A stretch of DNA of 64,000 nt, taken from the NCBI GenBank assembly GCA_036268375.1, contig DATAUH010000080.1:2706-66705 (forward strand). The letters run 5' to 3'. The notes below the pieces were generated by a model. That model saw only the letters and a program-made list of their open reading frames with translations, was not told where the DNA came from and did not search any database. This DNA is from Bryobacteraceae bacterium (GTDB taxonomy: Bacteria > Acidobacteriota > Terriglobia > Bryobacterales > Bryobacteraceae). The position numbers were made by a program, and so were the translations under genes. Positions 46,626 to 55,149 of the stretch are shown in pieces (positions within the stretch are counted from its first letter, which is position 1; each line of letters opens with the position of its first letter).

Positions 46626-46678
46626 TTGACAGGCATAACCGTCAGTGCTATTTTTCTAGCATATGCTGGAAAAATAGC
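46626..46678 (+). promoter_or_regulatory. Candidate promoter with a 32-bp AT-rich palindromic operator upstream of the second tonB paralogue
   Basis: TTGACA lies at 46626-31, then a 17-nt spacer, then TATTTT at 46649-54. The palindrome gctatttttctagcat|atgctggaaaaatagc at 46647-46678 pairs at 15 of 16 positions. A second copy of tagcatatg lies at 46675-83. Confidence 0.4.
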
Positions 46679-46696
46679 ATATGGCGGTGATTCCTT

Positions 46697-47635
46697 ATGC
46701 CTGATGATAATCTCTCGCGCCTGCTCCTCACCGAAACCGGCGAGTCCTTCTACAAATCGCTTTGGCGCAGTCTGAAAGAGCTGGTTCATCCAGCCACGCT
46801 TCCTCCCCTCGAAGTAACCTCGAAACCTGTCGTCGTGCAGGACATCTGGGGCCTCTACGGTCGGCAGAAAAAATCCTTCCTATTCTCCACCGGCTTCCAA
46901 GTCGCGGCCGTTGTCCTCATCTTCACGGCGCTCTCATCGAAAACCGTCCAGAAACAAATCCAACAAGTCGTCCCGCTGATATTGCCCGACGCTGCCCCGC
47001 CCCCTAAACCGGTCACGCGCGCCAGCGGCGGTGGTGGCGGCGGCGATCGCTCTCCGCTGCCTGCCAGCAAGGGCCGTCTCCCCAAGCCCGCGCCGCGCCA
47101 GTTCGTTCCGCCTACGGCAGTCCTCAACAACCCCCAGCCGAAACTCGCCATGGAGGCCTCCATTCTTGCGCCACCCGATGCCAATCTGCCCAACGTCAAC
47201 CTACCGAACTACGGCGACCCGCTCGGCCACCTGGGCCCTCCATCCAACGGAACCGGTTCCGGTGGCGGCATCGGCTCCGGTAAAGGAGGCGGCGTCGGTT
47301 CCGGCACTGGGGGTGGCGCCGGTCCGGGCGATGGCGGCGGTATCGTCTACAATCCCGGCAAAGGCGGCGTCACCCAACCCCAACTCATCCATCAGGAGGA
47401 GCCCGAATTCTCCGACGAAGCCCGCAAAGCCCGCTTCCAGGGCGTCGTCGTAGTTGCCATCGAAGTCGACGAACACGGTCGCGTGGTTCACCCGCACGTC
47501 GTGCACAGCGCCGGCCTGGGCCTGGACGAGAAAGCCATCGAAGCCGCGCTTAAATGGACCTTCCTCCCCGGCACGCTCAACGGCAAACCCGTGGTTACCC
47601 GGGCCTCTATCACCATGTCCTTTCATCTGCTCTAA
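46697..47635 (+). CDS. tonB: Energy transducer TonB family protein (second paralogue)
   Basis: It has one TM span (FLFSTGFQVAAVVLIFTAL) and Pro/Gly-rich spacers. The C-terminal TonB domain reads PEFSDEARKARFQGVVVVAIEVDEHGRVVHPHVVHSAGLGLDEKAIEAALKWTF. Confidence 0.8.
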   Translation: MPDDNLSRLLLTETGESFYKSLWRSLKELVHPATLPPLEVTSKPVVVQDIWGLYGRQKKSFLFSTGFQVAAVVLIFTALSSKTVQKQIQQVVPLILPDAAPPPKPVTRASGGGGGGDRSPLPASKGRLPKPAPRQFVPPTAVLNNPQPKLAMEASILAPPDANLPNVNLPNYGDPLGHLGPPSNGTGSGGGIGSGKGGGVGSGTGGGAGPGDGGGIVYNPGKGGVTQPQLIHQEEPEFSDEARKARFQGVVVVAIEVDEHGRVVHPHVVHSAGLGLDEKAIEAALKWTFLPGTLNGKPVVTRASITMSFHLL

Positions 47636-47645
47636 TGTTGTGAGC

Positions 47646-48824
47646 ATGATTCGGGGCGCCGTTGTGTCGTGGCTGGTCGCATTAGCCTCCTTCGCGCAGT
47701 CGCCCGCGGCCTCCGACGACCCCGCCGCGCTTCGCCGTCGCGCGGGCGCCCTGGAAGCGCAAGGAAAATATGCCGAGGCCGAGCCGCTTCTCACCGAAGC
47801 TCTCGCCGCGCAGGAGCAGGCCACTTCGTCCGATGACCCAAGCCTAACTGGTCCGCTCGCCGACCTCGCGTCGCTCTACCGGGCGGAAGGCCGCCTGCCG
47901 GATGCGCAAAAGCTCTATGATCGTTCGCTCTCGATCCATCGCAAAACCGAAGGCGAAAATACTGTCGCCCAGATTCCGGATCTTAAAGCGCTAGCCGCCA
48001 TCTACGCGTCCAGCAGCAAATTCTCGGAGGCCGAGATCACCTACCTGCGTGTCATCTCCGTCCGCGACAAAGCGCCCGCCCGCGACGATCTCGCACTAGC
48101 TTCCGACTGCACCGATCTCGCTAATTTTTACGTGGCGCGCAAGCGCTTTTCGGTCGCGGAACCCAATTTCCTCCGCGCCGTTTCACTCATCGAAAAGGAT
48201 CTCGGCCCCGTTTCTCACTCGCTGATCGCGCCGCTTGATGGCCTCGTGGATGTCTACATCAAGCTCTACCGCTTCGCCGACGCCGAGGCCCCATTGCGCC
48301 GCGAGATCTCGATCGAAGAGACCACCTACGGCCCTTCGCATGAAAACGTCGCTACTTATCTCGACCGCCTCGCGATGCTCTACTTCATCGAGAAGCGTTA
48401 CGCTGCCGCGCAGCCTCTGTACGAGCGTTCCCTGCCCATCTGGGAAGCCACCATGCATCCCGACGATCTGCCGCTTGCGCAATCGCTCGACAATCTTGCT
48501 GTCGTTTACGCCTCGCAGGAAATGTTCGCCAAAGCGGAGCCGCTCTACCGCCGTTCACTTGCCATTAAACAGAAAGCCGATGTACTCGCCCTGATCAATC
48601 TCGCGATGACGCTCGAAGGCACGGACCAAAACACGGCTGCGGAAAAGCTCTACCAGCACGCCTTAACAGTTGCGGAGCGCATTCCTTCCATCCCGCCGCC
48701 TGCCAATGTTGGCGAAGCCGACGTGCTCAAGAAAGCGCTCTCCAATTACGCGATTCTGCTACGCAAACTCAAACGCGATCCCGAAGCCGCAAAATTGGAA
48801 GCGCGCGCAGCCGCCATCAAGTAG
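47646..48824 (+). CDS. Secreted tetratricopeptide-repeat protein (TPR_12-like)
   Basis: The signal peptide is MIRGAVVSWLVALASFAQS. Repeated 42-aa units of the pattern ...AEPLY.RSL.I.E...G..HP..A..L..LA..Y follow. The ORF is open from 47454, overlapping tonB. Confidence 0.75.
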   Translation: MIRGAVVSWLVALASFAQSPAASDDPAALRRRAGALEAQGKYAEAEPLLTEALAAQEQATSSDDPSLTGPLADLASLYRAEGRLPDAQKLYDRSLSIHRKTEGENTVAQIPDLKALAAIYASSSKFSEAEITYLRVISVRDKAPARDDLALASDCTDLANFYVARKRFSVAEPNFLRAVSLIEKDLGPVSHSLIAPLDGLVDVYIKLYRFADAEAPLRREISIEETTYGPSHENVATYLDRLAMLYFIEKRYAAAQPLYERSLPIWEATMHPDDLPLAQSLDNLAVVYASQEMFAKAEPLYRRSLAIKQKADVLALINLAMTLEGTDQNTAAEKLYQHALTVAERIPSIPPPANVGEADVLKKALSNYAILLRKLKRDPEAAKLEARAAAIK

Positions 48825-48827
48825 CCA

Positions 48828-50324
48828 CTACATCTGCAGCATCGCCGCCAGAGTCACAATTCCGCTCCACAGATTCCCCAGCCGCAGGTTCTCGTTGTCG
48901 CCGTGCTGGTTATTGTCGAAATTGACGATCGGCACGCTCACCGATGGCACATTCAACTCTCGAATAAACGCCGCGATCGGCACCGTGCCGCCCATCGTCC
49001 GAATCAAAACCGGCGGCGCGCCCCACATCTCCCGCAGCGCGCGCGTCACCGCTACTGCCTCGGGCGACTCCGGTTCCGTGCGAAACGCTTCCTCTGCCGC
49101 CTCGCTCGATCGCAGCCGAGCCAGCTTCGAAAACTGCGCCCGCTCCGCGTCCGTCGGCTCGCCCGTCACCACGTGATAGCCCTGCTTCTCGATATGTGCG
49201 CGCACCAGTTCCACCATGTGCGCCGCCGGCGTCTCCTTCACCAGCCGTATATCGATCGCCGCCGTCGCATCCGGCGGAATAATCGTGCGGTCGCCATAGC
49301 CGCTCTGCATTCCGCGAATGTTCAAGCTCGGGTACTGAATCGCTTCCTGCAAGGTCTCACCCACGGCGTCCGGACGCGCCACGCCAAACAACTTCAATAG
49401 CGCCGCTTCATCGTCGGGAACTGACTTCAAAATCTTCCGCTGCCCATCCGTGAACGGCGGAACATCGCTATAAAATCCCGTAATCGTCGTGCGTCCCTGA
49501 TCGTCTTTCATCGACGCAATCAACTGGGCTAGCCGCACCGCCGGATTCGGAATCCAGTTCCCATAGTGCCCGCTGTGTAGCGCCATCTTCGGCCCGAACA
49601 CCGTTAAATCGAGCGTCACAATGCCGCGCGCGCCAAACGCCAGCGTGGGCCGCCCGCTTGGGTGCACCGGCCCATCCAATACCAGCAGCAGTGAAGCCTT
49701 CAGCTTCTCGCGATATTTCGCAATTGCGCCCGGCAGGCTCGGCGAACTCGCCTCTTCCTCTCCATCGATCACGACATGCACGTTACTGTGTAACCGGCCG
49801 CCCACCGCGTCCAGCGCCGCGCAAAAAGCCTCGATCGGCGCTTTGTCGTCCGATGCCGAACGCGCATAAATGCGCCACTGATCTGGAAACTTCGTCTTCG
49901 CCGCGAAGTCCGGTATCTCTTTTGCGCCCTCCTCCATCCGCCCATCGCGCATGATCGGCGTGAACGGGCTTGCCTGCTTCCACTTCGGCGGATCCACTGG
50001 CTGTCCGTCGTAGTGAATGTAGAAAAGATTCGTTCGCGCCGCGCCTGCTACGTTTTTCTCCGCATAGACCAGCGGATTTCCGGCCGTTTCCAGCAGTTCG
50101 CTCTTCATTCCGCGCCGCTCCAGCATCGCGCGCAGGAATTCTGCATTGCGCCGGATGTTGGGCCGGTCGCCGGCCACGTTCGGAATCGCCAGCATCTCAG
50201 TAAACTCACCCATGATCTGACGCTCGTGCGACGCGGTGAACTGTTCCACTTCCACTCGCGTCACCGGCGCGCGGTTCTGCGCCCACGCGACGGCGCACGC
50301 AAGCAGCAACAAGGCAATTCGCAT
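48828..50324 (-). CDS. Secreted M20 family metallopeptidase (dipeptidase/carboxypeptidase type)
   Basis: The signal peptide is MRIALLLLACAVAWAQ. It has YIHYDGQPVDP, SASDDKAPI, the tail NFDNNQHGDNENLRLGN and a dimerisation-domain insert. The ORF is open to 50390. Confidence 0.75.
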   Translation of the reverse strand: MRIALLLLACAVAWAQNRAPVTRVEVEQFTASHERQIMGEFTEMLAIPNVAGDRPNIRRNAEFLRAMLERRGMKSELLETAGNPLVYAEKNVAGAARTNLFYIHYDGQPVDPPKWKQASPFTPIMRDGRMEEGAKEIPDFAAKTKFPDQWRIYARSASDDKAPIEAFCAALDAVGGRLHSNVHVVIDGEEEASSPSLPGAIAKYREKLKASLLLVLDGPVHPSGRPTLAFGARGIVTLDLTVFGPKMALHSGHYGNWIPNPAVRLAQLIASMKDDQGRTTITGFYSDVPPFTDGQRKILKSVPDDEAALLKLFGVARPDAVGETLQEAIQYPSLNIRGMQSGYGDRTIIPPDATAAIDIRLVKETPAAHMVELVRAHIEKQGYHVVTGEPTDAERAQFSKLARLRSSEAAEEAFRTEPESPEAVAVTRALREMWGAPPVLIRTMGGTVPIAAFIRELNVPSVSVPIVNFDNNQHGDNENLRLGNLWSGIVTLAAMLQM

Positions 50325-50352
50325 TACGGCTACGATACTATGGAATTCGTCT

Positions 50353-51870
50353 ATGCAATTCCTTGCTTCCAGCCTCCTCGAACTCATCACTCAGACCTCC
50401 ACCAACCTGCCTCCCGACGTGCGCGCGGCCATGTCGCTCGCCACCGACAACGAAACGCCGGGAACCCAATCCTCCCAAGCTTTCAACATCATCCTCACCA
50501 ACATCGATATGGCAGCCGAAGCCGAAGGTCCCATCTGCCAGGACACCGGCATGCCGACTTTCTACGTGCACACGCCGGTCGGCGCCAACCAGATCCGCAT
50601 CAAAGGCGCCATCCTTGAAGCCGTCGCCGAAGCGACGCGTCTCGGCAAGCTGCGCCCCAATTCCGTCGACTCCATCACCGGTAAGAACAGCGGCAACAAC
50701 CTCGGCAGCGAGACTCCCGTCATCCACTTCGAGCAGTGGGAACAGGACGAAATCGAAGTGAAGCTGATGCTCAAGGGCGGCGGCTGCGAAAACAAAAACA
50801 TCCAATACTCCGTCCCCTGCAACCTCGATCACCTCGGACGCGCCGATCGCAACCTCGAGGGTGTTCGCAAGTGCCTGCTGCACGCCGTCTGGCAAGCGCA
50901 GGGTCAGGGATGTGCGCCCGGCGCCCTCGGCGTCTGCATCGGCAGCGACCGCGCTCACGGTTACGACCTCGCCAAGCAGCAGCTTTTTCGCACGCTCGAT
51001 GACGTGAACCCCAACCCGGTCCTCGCGAAACTGGAAGCCGAGGTGATGGAAGAGGCAAACCGCCTCGGAGTGGGCGCCATGGGTTTTGGCGGCAAGGTCT
51101 CGCTCATCGGTTGCAAGGTCACCGCGGCCAATCGCCTGCCCGCAAGCTTCTTCGTCTCGGTTGCCTATGAATGCTGGGCCTTCCGCCGTTTAGGCGTGCG
51201 CCTTGACGCATCTTCCGGCGCCATCACCAAGTGGCTCTATCGCGATCCATCTCGTCCCGTCGAACGCATGGCGCGCGGCGAAGGTTTCCCGCTCACCGGC
51301 CGCGAAGTTGTCCTTACGCCGCCCCTCACCGAAGCGCAAATGCGCGCGTTGAAAGTCGGCGACGTCGTGCTCATCAACGGCGAAATGTACACCGGCCGCG
51401 ACAACGTCCACGCCTATCTGATGAAGAACCCGCCGCCCGTTGATCTGCACGGCGCCGCGCTCTACCACTGCGGTCCAGTCATGCTCCAACAGGGCGACAA
51501 GTGGACCGTGAAAGCCGCGGGTCCCACCACCAGCATTCGCGAGGAGCCCTACCAGGCCGACGTGATCCGCAAATACGGTGTCCGCGCCGTCATAGGCAAG
51601 GGCGGTATGGGCGCGAAAACGCTGGCAGCCCTCAAAGAATACGGCGCCGTCTACCTCAACGGCATTGGCGGTGCGGCGCAATACTATGCCCGCACCGTAC
51701 AAGAGGTTCTCGACGTCAATCTTTTGGAATTCGGCATCCCCGAAGCCATGTGGCACATTCGGGTGAATGGTTTCGCCGCCATCGTTACCATGGACGCGCA
51801 CGGCAACAGCCTGCACGCGGACGTCGAAAAGGCCACCGGCGAAAAGCTCGCGGAATTGCAGAACGTTTAG
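50353..51870 (+). CDS. Class I (Fe-S) fumarate hydratase, fused N- and C-terminal domains
   Basis: The protein is 505 aa counted from MQFLASS. It has ICQDTGMPTF, KGGGCEN and a C-terminal beta-domain (GEMYTGRDNVHAY...GKGGMG). Confidence 0.8.
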   Translation: MQFLASSLLELITQTSTNLPPDVRAAMSLATDNETPGTQSSQAFNIILTNIDMAAEAEGPICQDTGMPTFYVHTPVGANQIRIKGAILEAVAEATRLGKLRPNSVDSITGKNSGNNLGSETPVIHFEQWEQDEIEVKLMLKGGGCENKNIQYSVPCNLDHLGRADRNLEGVRKCLLHAVWQAQGQGCAPGALGVCIGSDRAHGYDLAKQQLFRTLDDVNPNPVLAKLEAEVMEEANRLGVGAMGFGGKVSLIGCKVTAANRLPASFFVSVAYECWAFRRLGVRLDASSGAITKWLYRDPSRPVERMARGEGFPLTGREVVLTPPLTEAQMRALKVGDVVLINGEMYTGRDNVHAYLMKNPPPVDLHGAALYHCGPVMLQQGDKWTVKAAGPTTSIREEPYQADVIRKYGVRAVIGKGGMGAKTLAALKEYGAVYLNGIGGAAQYYARTVQEVLDVNLLEFGIPEAMWHIRVNGFAAIVTMDAHGNSLHADVEKATGEKLAELQNV

Positions 51871-51891
51871 CCGGCCACGCGCTCACGCCAT

Positions 51892-53571
51892 CTAATTCTC
51901 GATCGGTTTCTCTTCGATGTGATCGATCACCAGCATCGACACTGGCCGTTTTTCCGTCACCAATTTCAGGCCGATCTGCTTCTCTATCGCTTCCAGTAAC
52001 GTAACCGCGCCGCTTGGGTCCGATGCCTGAGTCCCGCCTTCGCCTCCCGCGGATGCCCGGCTCGCCGCCACCAGTCCGCCGCGCCCGCCACCCCGAGTCG
52101 CGCCGGCAGGACTGAAGCTCAGGGTGAAGTCCCAGCCGCCCTCCAGATGTGTCGCGTCCACCACCGGACTATGTATGTAACCCGGTGCGATCCGCTGCAG
52201 TTGTTTGGCAAATTGAGCCATCGTGAGGTTCGTACACGTCACCAGGCGCGACAGCGCCGGATTGGTATCGCGCGGATCCTTCCCCGTCATCGAAGCCGGA
52301 CCTTCCGTAAAATGCGTCCGGCTGTTTGGGTCCGCCTGCTTCATCTTTGGTTTCACCGCGATCAGTGTAAACGCGTCCATCACACGGTTTTCCATATGCG
52401 TCTTGAGTTGGAAGCGCTCCCGCAAAAGCGCTTGCAACATCACCTGCAGCATCTCATCATCGATCCTCGGCTTACCGTCTGGGCCTAACTGCAGCGCGCT
52501 CACTGGAGCCTTCGCGATGATATCGAACCGATCCCGGTTGAACCAGTCCGGCTGCCCTGAGATCGCGAAGGGCGGTAAGTTGAAGGCTTGCTGAAAGATG
52601 AACTGCATCGGCAAGCCACGTATATCCACCTGCCCGCCCGGGAGAATGTCGAAGTTCATGTTGCGCCCCTCCGGGCCGCTTAGCTTCACATCCGCCACTT
52701 CGAATTCCGTCGGAGCCGGCCCGTCATCCAGCGCTTCCACCACGCCAGGCGCATTCGTAGTCGGCTTTCGGTTCACTTGATCGATCACAATCACGGCCGT
52801 TGGCGTCTTCCCAGGCGCCAGCTTCAGCCCAAGCTGCTTCTCAACCGCGTCCGCAAGCGTCACCGAGTCGCTGTCAGCGCCGCCCGCCATCAGGGAGAAA
52901 TGAAAGTTGAAGTCGTACGCGCCATCGAGTCCAGTCTGGTCGATCACAGTCTTCTCCCGAAGATAGCGGAACGTCGGCATGTCTTCCTTCAACGCCCGCG
53001 CGAAAGCCGCCATCGTCATGTTCTTGCACGCATACCCGAATGTCGGCGTACGCGGGCCGCTATCCGCCGCGGCAGGAGGCATCGGCTGGAATTTGCAGCC
53101 TGCCTCGCCCTCTCCGCCCGACTTTTTCAATCCGGCGTGTTTCCCCGCCGTCAGTGCGAATGCTTCAATCTCCTGCGTATCCTTCCGCGCCTTCAGTCCG
53201 AACCGTTGCGCCAGCAGCGCCTGCAGCAGTTCGCGCGCTTTCGCAGGCGTAAGCTTCTCTGAAGCCTTCGCGACTACGTCAAACCGGTCCATCTCCACCC
53301 AATTGGGGCCGCCCACCACCAGATCCGGCTTGACGTCGTAAGCCGCCGCGACCAGGTCCACCATGTTGGCGTCACGCACCTCGAAGCGCGGCCCACGTAA
53401 ATATGGCCCACGTGCGTACTCGTTTCGTTGTGGCGCGCTCTCGTGTACATCCGTGGCGATGAACGCTGCCGGTACATCGAGCGATTGAGATATGAGGCCG
53501 GACGCAAGCAGCGCCACGGCCGTAAGCAGACGCGCAAACATTCGCATACGCAACCTCCGCGCGGCAAACAC
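51892..53571 (-). CDS. TIGR03435-like protein with the domain duplicated in tandem
   Basis: The ORF is 559 aa with a signal peptide. It holds two copies of the pattern ...GGPNWVEMDRFDVVAKA...LLQALLAQRFGLKARKDTQEIEAF and ...GQPDWFNRDRFDIIAKA...MLQALLRERFQLKTHMENRVMDAF. Each copy ends in ...EKQLGLKL...VIDxV/IE. Confidence 0.65.
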   Translation of the reverse strand: MFAARRLRMRMFARLLTAVALLASGLISQSLDVPAAFIATDVHESAPQRNEYARGPYLRGPRFEVRDANMVDLVAAAYDVKPDLVVGGPNWVEMDRFDVVAKASEKLTPAKARELLQALLAQRFGLKARKDTQEIEAFALTAGKHAGLKKSGGEGEAGCKFQPMPPAAADSGPRTPTFGYACKNMTMAAFARALKEDMPTFRYLREKTVIDQTGLDGAYDFNFHFSLMAGGADSDSVTLADAVEKQLGLKLAPGKTPTAVIVIDQVNRKPTTNAPGVVEALDDGPAPTEFEVADVKLSGPEGRNMNFDILPGGQVDIRGLPMQFIFQQAFNLPPFAISGQPDWFNRDRFDIIAKAPVSALQLGPDGKPRIDDEMLQVMLQALLRERFQLKTHMENRVMDAFTLIAVKPKMKQADPNSRTHFTEGPASMTGKDPRDTNPALSRLVTCTNLTMAQFAKQLQRIAPGYIHSPVVDATHLEGGWDFTLSFSPAGATRGGGRGGLVAASRASAGGEGGTQASDPSGAVTLLEAIEKQIGLKLVTEKRPVSMLVIDHIEEKPIEN

Positions 53572-53730
53572 GTAAAGACAACGAGCGGTCAGCCAGATTT
53601 ATGACGCGCCCGTCAATTTTCAGTTAGCTTTTTAGTCGGTCGCGAGAGCGGTCGCAGCGCTCTTGCGGCTTCTGACTCCTGACTTCCTCGACGCCCATCC
53701 GCAACGGATCAAGGCCGAAGCCCTTGCGCC

Positions 53731-54957
53731 TTACCGTGAGTACCAACGAATTCCGAAAAACACCGAAGCCAAAGTGCCCTTCAGATAAAAGTCCTGACTC
53801 GTCGACGTTTTGTAATGGAATAACTTCGCTCCGCCCCGCACTTCGAAGCTCTTCACGCGGAAGTTCAGCGTCGATTCGCCTTCGTAAAGCGTAGAGTGGT
53901 GCGGAATCGTAAACCCGTCCGCGCTCGCCTCAAATCGAATATTGCGCGTCAGATATTCCGTCGCGCTTAGTCCTAACGTCGGCAGAATAAACCACTTGGT
54001 CGAGGATGATTGATAACTGATCGGGTTTCCGTTGATGTCGATCAACGGATTACCGCTCGCGTCAAACAATGGCAGCTGCGGCGCGTCAAAGCCTGCGCGA
54101 ACCGCCGTGTACTGGACTTGCCACAAGGTCTTCAACCGGAAGCGCCGGCTCTCCACCGGATACGGCCACGTCAGGTAGTCGAACGACATCTTGAGGTTCT
54201 GCACCCGGTAGTCGGTCGCAATCAGCGTGCCCGCCGTGTACACCTGACCGTTAAACACCTGCGTCTGAGACGGAGCGGTGAAATCCCCCGACGCGCGCGT
54301 CGTGAAAAAGGACAGCTTCAACATGTTATGCAGACCCATCGCCATTCCAACTTCGACGCCGTCCGCCAGGTTGGGCTTGCCCTGCATGGTCACCAGCGAA
54401 TTGTTCGTGATCCCCGAATTGCGCCCCTTATTGAAAGTTGGCTTCTCTTTCGGAAAAAAACCGGTGACCCCAATGTAGAAACCATATTCCCCAGGCAGTC
54501 GCACGTCGGGATACTTCGGAAGTTCGGGAACGGCGTTCACGATCGGGCCATTCCCCGTTTGCGGAGTCGCGCTTTGTTGCGCCGGAGTGGTCGCAGGCGG
54601 CGGGGTTTGCGGTAGCGTCGCGGCCGGAGGCTTCTGTGCCGGAGGATTTTGCGTCGTCGGGTTTTGTGCGGGCGTCTGTGCCGGAGGATTCTGCGTCGTC
54701 GGGTTTTGTGCGGGCGTCTGTGCCGGCGGATTCTGTGTCGTTGGGTTTTGCGCCGGGGGATTCTGCGAAGTTTGATTCTGATCGGCCGCCGCGCCGTCGC
54801 CTGTAACGGGCGGATCCGCCAGTTGCTGCGCGCACGCCGGAAGCGCGGTTAATAGGAGCAGCCCTGCTACACAGATCGAGATAATGCCGTTTCGAAAGAT
54901 CGTCACGAATGCCTCAAATATGGATTCCAACGCGAGCGTATGGCAGCGCAGGCTCAC
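53731..54957 (-). CDS. Putative outer-membrane beta-barrel protein with a Pro/Gln/Thr-rich repeat linker
   Basis: The signal segment is ISICVAGLLLLTALPACAQQ. A GTG at 54906 is a plausible true start. A low-complexity repeat region follows, then about 300 aa of alternating amphipathic strands ending in ...SVFFGIRWYSR. Confidence 0.5.
   Translation of the reverse strand: MSLRCHTLALESIFEAFVTIFRNGIISICVAGLLLLTALPACAQQLADPPVTGDGAAADQNQTSQNPPAQNPTTQNPPAQTPAQNPTTQNPPAQTPAQNPTTQNPPAQKPPAATLPQTPPPATTPAQQSATPQTGNGPIVNAVPELPKYPDVRLPGEYGFYIGVTGFFPKEKPTFNKGRNSGITNNSLVTMQGKPNLADGVEVGMAMGLHNMLKLSFFTTRASGDFTAPSQTQVFNGQVYTAGTLIATDYRVQNLKMSFDYLTWPYPVESRRFRLKTLWQVQYTAVRAGFDAPQLPLFDASGNPLIDINGNPISYQSSSTKWFILPTLGLSATEYLTRNIRFEASADGFTIPHHSTLYEGESTLNFRVKSFEVRGGAKLFHYKTSTSQDFYLKGTLASVFFGIRWYSR
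54634..54759. repeat. 42-bp tandem repeat, about 3 copies, in frame within the barrel-protein gene
   Basis: Copies start at 54634, 54676 and 54718 (ctgtgccggaggatt[t/c]tgcgtcgtcgggttttgtgcgggcgt). The third copy is diverged. The repeat encodes (TPAQNPTTQNPPAQ)n on the minus strand. Confidence 0.85.
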
Positions 54958-55149
54958 CCTGGATGCAGATTACAGTCCAAATCGGACCATGCCGCGCCGA
55001 ATCCTCTATTGTGCCAAAATGAGCGGCTTCGCGTAAGCTTTCAAAGGCCGCGCGCACGCACGGCTGTGGCAGGGCGGCACAGGTGTTGCTGGGGCGGAGT
55101 GAATACGCCCCGTGGTGTGCGGCCGTTCGGTAAACTCCGGCGAACCGGC

